A DNA stretch of 64,000 bases, taken from the NCBI GenBank assembly GCA_049115575.1, contig JAGDZU010000004.1, forward strand, positions 83,094 through 147,093, given 5' to 3'. Below are positions 9,812 to 18,202 of the stretch, one piece after another; position 1 is the first letter of the stretch, and each line of letters begins with the position of its first letter. Position numbers and translations under genes: made by a program. The stretch comes from Bacteroidia bacterium (GTDB taxonomy: Bacteria > Bacteroidota > Bacteroidia > NS11-12g > UBA9320). Under the pieces are notes generated by a model, which saw only the letters and a program-made list of their open reading frames with translations, was not told the DNA's origin and searched no databases.

Positions 9812-11580
9812 GGTTTATAAATCTTTCGATTCGCTGATTGGAAGTACGCTTTTTCAAAAGGTCTTCCACAGGAACCATGCAAGTATTTTTTCTGAGGGAT
9901 ATCATAAAACTGCTTGCAACTATCAGAGATCAATACTATCCCGTTGTAGTAATTATAAAATGCCATTCCTCTTGGATTCATTAGCGAATGACTAAACTCA
10001 AACAATTCATCTTGGCCTAAAGCATCTACCAAAGTTTTTGGGATATCGAACTGACTGACTATAGTTCCAATTCTTCCTTTTTCATCCAAGGTATCATGTG
10101 GCTGGATTGAAAGAAGACCACCTGCAACAACAATTGGAACATTAAAATTCACGGATTTATATCCCACGCTTCGTTCCGGCATTATAGTTCCATGGTCAGC
10201 AGTTATAATCACAAGCGAATTATCCCAGTCTCCCAGTTCTTTAATTCCATTCAACAATACTCCCAAACAGCTATCTGCATATGCAATGCTATTCTCATAA
10301 CTATTTGTGTGCTTATTGAAATTAGGAACTTTGAAAGGCTCATGAGAACTGGAACTAAACAACATGTGAAATGCCTTTTCATGTTTAGTCATAGCGTCTT
10401 TGAGGTAAGCATCAAACACCACTTCATCATGGAAACCCCAAGCTCCAGATTCCGAAGAACTAAAATCGCTTTGTTCCTTAACCAGATCCGCATCATTCAC
10501 CAATACCCGAAGATTTGCAAAGTCCAGATTACCTCCATAGTGAAATGAAGTATACCAACCATTATCATGGAAAATCTTAAACAAATTCGGCACCCTGTTT
10601 AAGAGTTCTGGTCTGTTGGTTAAAGTTTGAGTAGCAAGTGAAGGAATTCCGCTAATGAGTGCAGTTAAGCCTCTATCAGACCTAAAACTGGAGGAATAAG
10701 CTCTGGTAAAGAATAGCCCTTCCCGCGCCAATCTGTCTAAATTAGGGGTTATGTTGCTAAGATTTCCAGAAAATAGCAAGCTGTTTTTATTGGTGAAACT
10801 TTCCAATACAATTAAATAGACTTTTGAACTGTCTCTAAACTCTATCTCGCCAATGGAGTTTGCATTATTTTGCTTCCATTCTTCCATAAGAAGCAATTCT
10901 TGTTCTTGTGAAATGAACTCCACTGCACTTTGGCTCTCCCTGTCAATTTCATATGCAACAAGATTCCAGACCGGATTCAAGGCAGCATTATTGTATAAGG
11001 CCTTTTGATGATAGTATGCCGAGCTTATTCCAATTGGGTTTTTTCCAAAGCCACCTCTGCCTAAATAGGCAACAACTAATAAGATGATAATAAGACCAAA
11101 CCCTCTTTTTGTAGCAAGGGTGTCCCACTTCTTGATAAATCTGTAGGCATATCTTGTACAGAATAACATAAACAGAAAACTATAAGCCAGATCTAGCCAC
11201 TCTATAGACGCTATAGCGCTTTTTGGCTCACCTATATACTGCATGAACAGCAAACTAACTTTGCCGCCCCAGTATTTGTAAAAGAACGGATCCACACTAA
11301 GAACGACAATAATTATCGCGGTTAAGGAAATGATATATCCTTTAAATATCCTTCTTGAAATTGCCCTATCCCCAGTAAAAACATAGAGCGCTAGTAAGGG
11401 AATAATTGTATAGCTAATCAATGATAAATCAAGACTTAAACCGTTCCACCATATGAAAGGCAGTTGCACAAAATCTTCTAAGAAGTTTTTATAGTTGATG
11501 AAAATGAAGAAAATCTTAGACCACAGTAAAAGAATAATGAAATAGAGGTAATACTTCGCTATGTCAAAAAACAGCTTCAT
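9808..11580 (-). CDS. LTA synthase / alkaline-phosphatase-superfamily membrane phosphotransferase
   Basis: About 5 N-terminal TM helices, LIVLESF, TPNLD, SSSHEPF and TADHG. Confidence 0.85.
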   Translation of the reverse strand: MKLFFDIAKYYLYFIILLLWSKIFFIFINYKNFLEDFVQLPFIWWNGLSLDLSLISYTIIPLLALYVFTGDRAISRRIFKGYIISLTAIIIVVLSVDPFFYKYWGGKVSLLFMQYIGEPKSAIASIEWLDLAYSFLFMLFCTRYAYRFIKKWDTLATKRGFGLIIILLVVAYLGRGGFGKNPIGISSAYYHQKALYNNAALNPVWNLVAYEIDRESQSAVEFISQEQELLLMEEWKQNNANSIGEIEFRDSSKVYLIVLESFTNKNSLLFSGNLSNITPNLDRLAREGLFFTRAYSSSFRSDRGLTALISGIPSLATQTLTNRPELLNRVPNLFKIFHDNGWYTSFHYGGNLDFANLRVLVNDADLVKEQSDFSSSESGAWGFHDEVVFDAYLKDAMTKHEKAFHMLFSSSSHEPFKVPNFNKHTNSYENSIAYADSCLGVLLNGIKELGDWDNSLVIITADHGTIMPERSVGYKSVNFNVPIVVAGGLLSIQPHDTLDEKGRIGTIVSQFDIPKTLVDALGQDELFEFSHSLMNPRGMAFYNYYNGIVLISDSCKQFYDIPQKKYLHGSCGRPFEKAYFQSANRKIYKP

Positions 11581-12600
11581 CTAAAATCTATTAATATTAC
11601 AGTCATTGTTTAATTCCTTTCCAGAAATCATAAAATCTGCTAGTTCTCTACTTAATTGAGGAGCCATAGAAACCCCTTTACTTCCCAAACCATTCATAAT
11701 AAACATACATTCGTGTTTAGGATGCTGGCCCAGTAGTGGCCTCCTATCTTTAACTGCTGGCCTAATCCCAACAAACTGATTTACAACTTCATAGCTGGCA
11801 CTACTCATTTTCTCAAATCGCTCCAACAAATATGCCTTATTCTTTAATGTTGGCACTAAATCAATGATATGATGTTCGTAGGTTGCCCCAACCTTAAACT
11901 TTTGATTGCCTGTAGGTAGAACAAAGACAGCACCTGTCAGTATTAGGTTTTCATCTAATTCTCCGCTTTCAATTTCAATTAGCTCTCCTTTATTAGGTGA
12001 AAATGGTAAATGCTTGAAATACGGATTGTTAATCATATCATAACCCTCACAAAAAACAATTTTCTTAAATCTAATATTATCATAGGAAAGCGAGTCTAAC
12101 TCAAGCAATTCATGATTAAATATTTCATTTCTATAAGGAGCTTTATCCTTTAGATAAATTCTCATATTGTTTGTGAAAGCAGTTGTATCCAGATGCCCCC
12201 CTCTATGAATTTGTATTTGACCAAAATCATCTTTAGATGGAATGTATTGGCAATACCCTTTGTATTTTTCTAGGTGGGATTTAGAAAGCCAGATGTTTTG
12301 CTCCCCTGCACTACTAATAACTCTTCTTATCTCTTTTGAAAAATAGAAGCTGGACTGGGTTTTAGTTTCTAAATCTCGATAATAAGACTCCAGAGAAGGA
12401 AAGAAGTCATTGGCTCTCCAAGTTAGACTAAAAAATTTACCCGCCACTGGATTCACTATACCTGCTGCAATACTTGTTGAAACATTCCTTTCGTCATTGT
12501 TTACTATGATTGAAGTATGGCCTCTATTGAGAAGTTCATTATGAAGGCAAAGCCCACTAATTCCAGCACCCACAATCAGAAAATCGACTGATTCTGACAT
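11581..12600 (-). CDS. FAD-dependent oxidoreductase (DAO/glycine oxidase family)
   Basis: IVGAGISG, AAGIVNP, KGELIEI, VGATY, GIRPAVKDRRPLLG, NGLGSKG. Confidence 0.85.
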   Translation of the reverse strand: MSESVDFLIVGAGISGLCLHNELLNRGHTSIIVNNDERNVSTSIAAGIVNPVAGKFFSLTWRANDFFPSLESYYRDLETKTQSSFYFSKEIRRVISSAGEQNIWLSKSHLEKYKGYCQYIPSKDDFGQIQIHRGGHLDTTAFTNNMRIYLKDKAPYRNEIFNHELLELDSLSYDNIRFKKIVFCEGYDMINNPYFKHLPFSPNKGELIEIESGELDENLILTGAVFVLPTGNQKFKVGATYEHHIIDLVPTLKNKAYLLERFEKMSSASYEVVNQFVGIRPAVKDRRPLLGQHPKHECMFIMNGLGSKGVSMAPQLSRELADFMISGKELNNDCNINRF

Positions 12601-12639
12601 TCAAGCAAAAATAATCATGCTATTTTTAAGTTATTTGCA

Positions 12640-13056
12640 TTGGTGACAAGAAACCTAATACTTCTTTTAACATTGGCATTAGCGATATGCTCATGCAGAG
12701 ATGAGTTTAATGACCCCAACCCTGACTATGAAGAAATCATAGATCTTATTGCTCCTGAGATTGAACTCTTGAGCCTCAAAGCGGATAGTGTTTATCACAA
12801 TATAGATACCCTTCCTATTCAAATAAGGTATACAGACGATCATCTTTTGGAGCTCATGAAGTTTGACCTAGTTGTTCTAAATGGAACAGCTAATCCGATG
12901 AATCTGTTGATTAACAAAGAAGACACGGTTTTTCTCTTAGATACATTTTACCCCCTTCCTGCATTAGACACAGTTGAACTAGGAATTCTCACTACATGCA
13001 AAGACTATGCAGAAAATACAGCGGTTGAATCGTTCAACATTCAAGTAGTCAGGTAA
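12640..13056 (+). CDS. Putative lipoprotein with Ig-like domain (DUF4625-like)
   Basis: Lipobox AICSC followed by acidic RDE; D..APEI and KDYAENT motifs. Confidence 0.5.
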   Translation: MVTRNLILLLTLALAICSCRDEFNDPNPDYEEIIDLIAPEIELLSLKADSVYHNIDTLPIQIRYTDDHLLELMKFDLVVLNGTANPMNLLINKEDTVFLLDTFYPLPALDTVELGILTTCKDYAENTAVESFNIQVVR

Positions 13057-14922
13057 TTGAGAGCTACATTAGTTGTCATAGCATTTTTTATCTCCTTTAT
13101 TGTAGGAGCTCAGATACTAGATACTACAGATGTTCATACCTATAAAACCTTACAAAATTACCAAGTTAGTGAACAGGGTTTAATCAATTTGGAAGAAGAC
13201 TCCATAAGTATTGACACCTCACTAAAAACTCTTGGGCGAAGTTATGGTGCCATGCACGAGAATTTTGCTTTTTTAGATTTGGGTTTTGAAGGCAGTCCTC
13301 TATTAAAATTGACCAATCTACCTGTTAGAAATCTCAGCTTGGAACTAGGTATGAATGGAATGGACTATTACTTCTATGATTTTGAATTAAATAGATATCA
13401 CTCCGATCGTCCTTTCACCCGATTGAACTACTCTCAGGGTGCCAATGAACTTATATTTATTGACGTTACTCATGGCCAGGAAATTTCAAGAAGGCTCACT
13501 TTCGGTTTAGATTACAGACGCCTGAAGAACCAGAATTTTTACTACTCCAATATTAGCAATGCAGACAGAGTTAGGTTTTCAAATCTGTTCAATACCAAAT
13601 TTTATACTGGCTACTACAATAAAGATAGAAGCTATGAGATGCTGTTTGGATTTCTATGGAACAAAAACAAGAACATAGAATCTGGAGGACTGGAAGACCC
13701 AGCTCTATTTGAATTATTATCTGGTAGAGAAAAAACCAATAATAATCCTAGCTATTTGGGTGATGCCAATAGCCAAATAGCAGAACACGGTTTTAAATTA
13801 ACTCAGTTTTTTAGATTAAAATCGTCTCCATTAGATACGAACAACAAACACGATTTAAGACGTTTTAAAAGTCAGGTGATTTGGAATACAGAATTGAATT
13901 ATCAGCGTTCCGAATACACAGACAACTTACCAGATTCTGCCTTTTATGGACTCAAATTGGCAGAGGTACACGATAGCATATTACATAGGAAGTTTTCGAG
14001 CGGATTGAGCTATATGATTAAGCAAAACAATGCTATGTACATAGCCGGATTGCAGTATAGTAATGACCATATATATCAGGATAGTTCATTTGTTAGATAC
14101 AACTCCCTCTATACCAGAATTGAAACAAAACAGCACTTGTTCAATTGGGATTTAAAGGCCAAACTAGATTTTGGACTAGTAGGATACAATCAATCTGATT
14201 ATAAATTAGATGTGAAGTTTAAACGGAGATTCAATAAATCCCTTTTAGCCTTGGGATGGACAGAATCATCTATAAGACAGAATTATATACAGTCCCAATT
14301 CAGCTCTTCCTATATCAGCTGGCAAGATTCATCTTGGCAATCTGAGAACAATAGAAGAATTGTTGTTAAATACAAAAGAAAAATGGCTAAGTCTGCCGTG
14401 TATATTAAGGCTTCGGTACAACAAGTGAAGGGGTTGATGTACTTTAATGACAGTAGCATATTGCAATCCAATGAGCTAAGTACACTTAGTAATTTAACCT
14501 TGGCCTATAAACTAAAGATGAAGCATTGGGGTGGAAATGCCCAATTCACTTATCAGACTAGTTCTAATCAGCAGGTTTTACCAAGACCAGAGTTGTTTGG
14601 ACAAGCTGAACTCTACCTGCAGCTGAAATTATTCAAGAAACTATTGAACACACAATTAGGAGTAAGTTCAAGAGCCATGTCTGAATTTAATGCACCTATT
14701 TACGATCCACGGATTAGACAGTGGAGAAACAGCAGTGATATTTTTGAATACTATTCACCTATCCAGCTATTTATGAGAGCCAAGATTAAGAGCTTCTATT
14801 TTGGATTCAATGTGTTCCATATCCAACAAGGTTTTATGGGTGAGAGCTATTATAGTTCCCCTAACTACCCTATGATGCCGAGAGCTTTCCGTCTTAATAT
14901 TCAATGGGATTTGGCAAACTGA
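13057..14922 (+). CDS. Putative outer-membrane porin (Bacteroidota Porin_10-like)
   Basis: Signal peptide, LG.EGSP, RPFTRLNYSQG and C-terminal YPMMPRAFRLNIQW. Confidence 0.75.
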   Translation: MRATLVVIAFFISFIVGAQILDTTDVHTYKTLQNYQVSEQGLINLEEDSISIDTSLKTLGRSYGAMHENFAFLDLGFEGSPLLKLTNLPVRNLSLELGMNGMDYYFYDFELNRYHSDRPFTRLNYSQGANELIFIDVTHGQEISRRLTFGLDYRRLKNQNFYYSNISNADRVRFSNLFNTKFYTGYYNKDRSYEMLFGFLWNKNKNIESGGLEDPALFELLSGREKTNNNPSYLGDANSQIAEHGFKLTQFFRLKSSPLDTNNKHDLRRFKSQVIWNTELNYQRSEYTDNLPDSAFYGLKLAEVHDSILHRKFSSGLSYMIKQNNAMYIAGLQYSNDHIYQDSSFVRYNSLYTRIETKQHLFNWDLKAKLDFGLVGYNQSDYKLDVKFKRRFNKSLLALGWTESSIRQNYIQSQFSSSYISWQDSSWQSENNRRIVVKYKRKMAKSAVYIKASVQQVKGLMYFNDSSILQSNELSTLSNLTLAYKLKMKHWGGNAQFTYQTSSNQQVLPRPELFGQAELYLQLKLFKKLLNTQLGVSSRAMSEFNAPIYDPRIRQWRNSSDIFEYYSPIQLFMRAKIKSFYFGFNVFHIQQGFMGESYYSSPNYPMMPRAFRLNIQWDLAN

Positions 14923-14932
14923 TGATTTAAAG

Positions 14933-16354
14933 ATGGTCTTTAACTCCAGTATATTTCTAGTCTTTTTCTTACTCTTTTTTCCTATCTATTGGGCTATAAA
15001 TAAGAGCTTTACAATTCCAATTCGCAATCTTTTCATTATAGTCTGCAGCTACGTATTTTACGGTTGGTGGGACTGGCGTTTTCTATCTCTCATCTTTATT
15101 AGTTCAATAACAGATTACCTCATAGGTTTAGAGCTGGCCAAAACCAACAAACCATCCAGAAGAAAAATCTTGATAGTTGTGAGTTTGGTGGTCAATCTTG
15201 GAATTCTTGCATTCTTTAAATACTATAATTTCTTTATTGATTCAGCTGTGGAGGTCTTTAATATATTGGGCTTTAGCTGGTCTACAACTAGCTTGAACAT
15301 TATACTTCCTGTTGGTATTTCCTTCTACACATTTCAGACCCTCAGCTATACATTGGATATTTATAAAAGCAGATTAAAACCTACCAAGGATTTGCTAGCT
15401 TTTTTTGCCTTTGTTTCCTTTTTTCCTCAATTGGTGGCCGGTCCAATTGAAAGAGCGAGAAATCTTCTCCCTCAATTCTCTATAGCCAAAAAGTTAGAGT
15501 ATCAGATGGTTGTTAGTGGCTTTCGCCTAGCGCTTTGGGGCTTTTTTAAAAAACTGGTAATAGCAGATAATTTTGGGCTGTTGGCAGATAATCTTTTTTC
15601 TCAGGACCACTATAATGTTTGGATTACTCTTTTTGCCGCTCTTTGTTTTGCCATTCAGATCTACGCAGATTTCTCAGCTTACTCAGACATTGCTATTGGT
15701 ATTGCGAAAACTTTAGGATTCAAACTAAGCACTAATTTTAGAGCACCCTACTTTTCAAAATCTTATACTGAATTCTGGCAACGTTGGCATATCTCATTAT
15801 CTACATGGTTTCGAGATTATGTATATATACCTCTAGGTGGAAACAGAACAACAAAAAGCAGGATGCGCATGAACATCTTTATTACATTCTTGCTTTCGGG
15901 TCTGTGGCACGGTGCCAATTTCACTTTTATACTCTGGGGCGCACTCCATGGGCTATTACTTATAATAGAAAAAAGATTTAACGCTTTCCTTAGAGGACCA
16001 CTTTACGCTATTGCCGTATTTATAGGAGTTGTACTTCTTTGGTTGGTTTTTAGAGCTGAAGACTTCAACCAATTAAAGTCTATGACCTATTCTCTGACCC
16101 AATTTGCTTCCTATAGTGATTCGGGGATCCCTGCGATTATTCACAATTTCTCAAATGTGAAGTTTGTTGTGCTGAGCCTAGTGATGGTTCCATTCTTTCT
16201 TGTTGAATACAGAATTAAAGACAGCCATATTGAGGACCATATGGCAAAATACTCAAAGTGGATTAGGTGGTCTATTTACTATTTGTTGATAGTACTCATT
16301 TTAATGCTGACTAACCTTGATGTTAAACCTTCATTCATCTATTTTCAGTTCTGA
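14933..16354 (+). CDS. MBOAT family O-acyltransferase (AlgI/PatA-like)
   Basis: LPVGISFYTFQTLSY, FFPQLVAGPIER, DFSAYSDIAIG, FWQRWHISLSTWFRDYVYIPLGGNR, GLWHGA and terminal FIYFQF. Confidence 0.95.
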   Translation: MVFNSSIFLVFFLLFFPIYWAINKSFTIPIRNLFIIVCSYVFYGWWDWRFLSLIFISSITDYLIGLELAKTNKPSRRKILIVVSLVVNLGILAFFKYYNFFIDSAVEVFNILGFSWSTTSLNIILPVGISFYTFQTLSYTLDIYKSRLKPTKDLLAFFAFVSFFPQLVAGPIERARNLLPQFSIAKKLEYQMVVSGFRLALWGFFKKLVIADNFGLLADNLFSQDHYNVWITLFAALCFAIQIYADFSAYSDIAIGIAKTLGFKLSTNFRAPYFSKSYTEFWQRWHISLSTWFRDYVYIPLGGNRTTKSRMRMNIFITFLLSGLWHGANFTFILWGALHGLLLIIEKRFNAFLRGPLYAIAVFIGVVLLWLVFRAEDFNQLKSMTYSLTQFASYSDSGIPAIIHNFSNVKFVVLSLVMVPFFLVEYRIKDSHIEDHMAKYSKWIRWSIYYLLIVLILMLTNLDVKPSFIYFQF

Positions 16355-17244
16355 TGAAAAAGCTAATTATACATAGCGTTTTGTTTCTGCTTCCATTAGT
16401 GCTTTTACTTGCTTTAGTGCCTGTTGATAGGAGAATTCTATTTAAGGAGTTAAAGGATGATTGTTTAAATAAAGGAATATGGATGCATGATCGCATTCAC
16501 ATAAATACCACACCTATAGATATAGCTTTTCTGGGCACATCACATACTATCAATGCAATTGATGAAAAGGTAATAGAGGCCAATCTGTCTGACTCAACCT
16601 TAGATGTAACCAACTTTGGTTATTGCAGAATCGGCCGAAATCTGAATTTGGCCTTATTAGAAGAAATTGGAAAGAAGAAGACTCCTCAAGTTGTAGTGCT
16701 TGAAATTAGGGAGAATGAGAATTTGAAAGGCCATCCAGTCGCGCCTTATATAGTATCCAGTAGTTCTTTCTTAAAATGGAACTCATGGTTTCACTCAGCG
16801 AGTCTCTCTGATTTGTGGAAGCATTTATCGTATAAAACACAACTTACCCAAGACAAGTATTATAATAGAATTGACAGTCTTCATTTTTTTCCTTGGGACC
16901 ATTATCACAAATCTGCCATCGATACAGCTACAGACTTAACGCATTCCAATAAGCCAATAAAAAAAGGTATTGAACTTAAGTATACTTATCCGCACTCATA
17001 CCTTAAACAAATTGCAAAATGGTGCTCTAATAGAAACGTTGAGCTGGTATTTATCTATCTACCGAATTATTCATACAGAAATGCGGCACCTTTACATATT
17101 GATTTCTATGAAGAATATGGTAAAGTTTGGCTACCACCTGCAGAACTACTAAACAATAACAATCTTTGGTACGATATAGAACACCTAAACACCGCTGGAG
17201 CTAAAAAGTACAGTGAATGGGTTGCCAGTAAATTAGAAGAGTAA
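16354..17244 (+). CDS. SGNH/GDSL-like acyltransferase partner of the MBOAT
   Basis: N-terminal anchor, FLGTSH (GxS nucleophile) and DIEHLN (DxxH). Translationally coupled to the MBOAT gene (TGATG). Confidence 0.7.
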   Translation: MKKLIIHSVLFLLPLVLLLALVPVDRRILFKELKDDCLNKGIWMHDRIHINTTPIDIAFLGTSHTINAIDEKVIEANLSDSTLDVTNFGYCRIGRNLNLALLEEIGKKKTPQVVVLEIRENENLKGHPVAPYIVSSSSFLKWNSWFHSASLSDLWKHLSYKTQLTQDKYYNRIDSLHFFPWDHYHKSAIDTATDLTHSNKPIKKGIELKYTYPHSYLKQIAKWCSNRNVELVFIYLPNYSYRNAAPLHIDFYEEYGKVWLPPAELLNNNNLWYDIEHLNTAGAKKYSEWVASKLEE

Positions 17245-17245
17245 C

Positions 17246-17440
17246 TTATTCTATGATTTCTTTTACACGACCTACTTCTCCGGTCTCTAAAAGAACTTTG
17301 ATTCCATGAGGATGGAACTTTGATTTGGTGAGTATCCTTTCAACAAACCCACTGGTTAGATCTCCTGTAGATTGGTCTTCTTTCATTACAACCATTACTT
17401 CGCTACCTATTTTAACATCATTTCGATTTCTACCGTCCAT
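17246..17440 (-). CDS. YwbE/DUF2196 family small protein
   Basis: K.DQ.TG.LT.G.V..ILTKS.FHPHGIKV.L..G.VGRV family signature. Confidence 0.9.
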   Translation of the reverse strand: MDGRNRNDVKIGSEVMVVMKEDQSTGDLTSGFVERILTKSKFHPHGIKVLLETGEVGRVKEIIE

Positions 17441-17490
17441 TGCTTTTTGGATTTGCTCTTAAAGAGAGTTAGATTTGTAAAATTTGCTAT

Positions 17491-17524
17491 AAAGAAAAAG
17501 TCCCGGCCATATAGGCCAGGACTT
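17491..17524 (-). terminator. Rho-independent terminator
   Basis: Minus strand AAGTCCTGGCC-TATAT-GGCCGGGACTT followed by TTTCTTT. The 11-bp stem has one G-U pair that forms only on the minus strand. Confidence 0.8.
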
Positions 17525-17595
17525 AATTTCAAAGATAAAATACTAAACTACTACTTATGATGAAAATTATTAACCATGTGTACCTTGCGGTACAT
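17491..17595 (-). ncRNA. Candidate sigma54-dependent small RNA (about 100 nt)
   Basis: Bounded by a -24/-12 promoter and an intrinsic terminator. It begins with the hairpin UGUACC-GCAA-GGUACA and has an AU-rich unstructured core. Confidence 0.7.
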
Positions 17596-17605
17596 CTTAT
17601 AGTAA

Positions 17606-17620
17606 GCTAATACTGTGCCA
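17606..17620 (-). promoter_or_regulatory. Sigma54 (RpoN) -24/-12 promoter
   Basis: Minus strand TGGCACAGTATTAGC, i.e. TGGCAC with exact GG-N10-GC spacing. The predicted +1 (about 17594-17595) falls at the start of the hairpin. Confidence 0.75.
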
Positions 17621-17637
17621 ATAGCTTTCTTGTTGAC

Positions 17638-17650
17638 AGTCAGTCTTTTA
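17638..17650. promoter_or_regulatory. IHF-like DNA-bending site upstream of the sigma54 promoter
   Basis: AGTCAGTCTTTTA matches WATCARNNNNTTR with one mismatch, about 45-57 nt upstream of the predicted +1. Confidence 0.4.
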
Positions 17651-17761
17651 AGTTTTTCAACCATCAATTATTCTCTCTTTTTTAGACACTTTTTTCTCAT
17701 TATTGGACTTATGGCAATTAGTCGGTTTGTGTGCTCTTTGAGTTTTATATAGATTGCATGC

Positions 17762-18202
17762 ATGTCAATATCTTATAAAGTAATAATCGTATTAGCCATG
17801 TTCATTTGCTCATCATGCTCTCGACAAGAGCCTGATATTGAGAAAGATACAGCCAATATTGAAGCTCTTCTTGCTCAGCAGCTAGTGGATTGGAATAATG
17901 GAGATATTGAAGCTTTCATGCAAACATATTGGGATTCCGAGACCTTGAGATTTAGTAGCAGAGGTGGTACAGCTTATGGCTGGAATAATGTCTTAGACAT
18001 GTACAAACGCTCATTCCCAGATAGAGAAAGTATGGGGCAGCTGCATTTTGACATAGACACCATATTTACTAATAGATATCCAATGGTTCAGGTAAATGGC
18101 GCCTTCCATCTATATAGGTCGGACACCTTAGAAGGTCCATTCTCTTTATTCTTTGAAAAAATTGATAGTGAATGGAAAATTACAGAAGATCATACATGGT
18201 AA
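17762..18202 (+). CDS. NTF2/SnoaL-like lipoprotein (DUF4440/YybH-type)
   Basis: Lipobox CSSC, WNNGDIEAFM..YW, MGQLHF and WKITEDH. Confidence 0.8.
   Translation: MSISYKVIIVLAMFICSSCSRQEPDIEKDTANIEALLAQQLVDWNNGDIEAFMQTYWDSETLRFSSRGGTAYGWNNVLDMYKRSFPDRESMGQLHFDIDTIFTNRYPMVQVNGAFHLYRSDTLEGPFSLFFEKIDSEWKITEDHTW

Noticed and set aside
17372-17560. 62-aa plus-strand ORF crossing the ywbE start and the terminator
   Set aside because: It has a TTG start, is antisense to ywbE, runs through a terminator hairpin and shows no protein-like features.
17711-17735. TGGCA on the plus strand as a second sigma54 promoter
   Set aside because: There is no GC at the required GG-N10-GC spacing.
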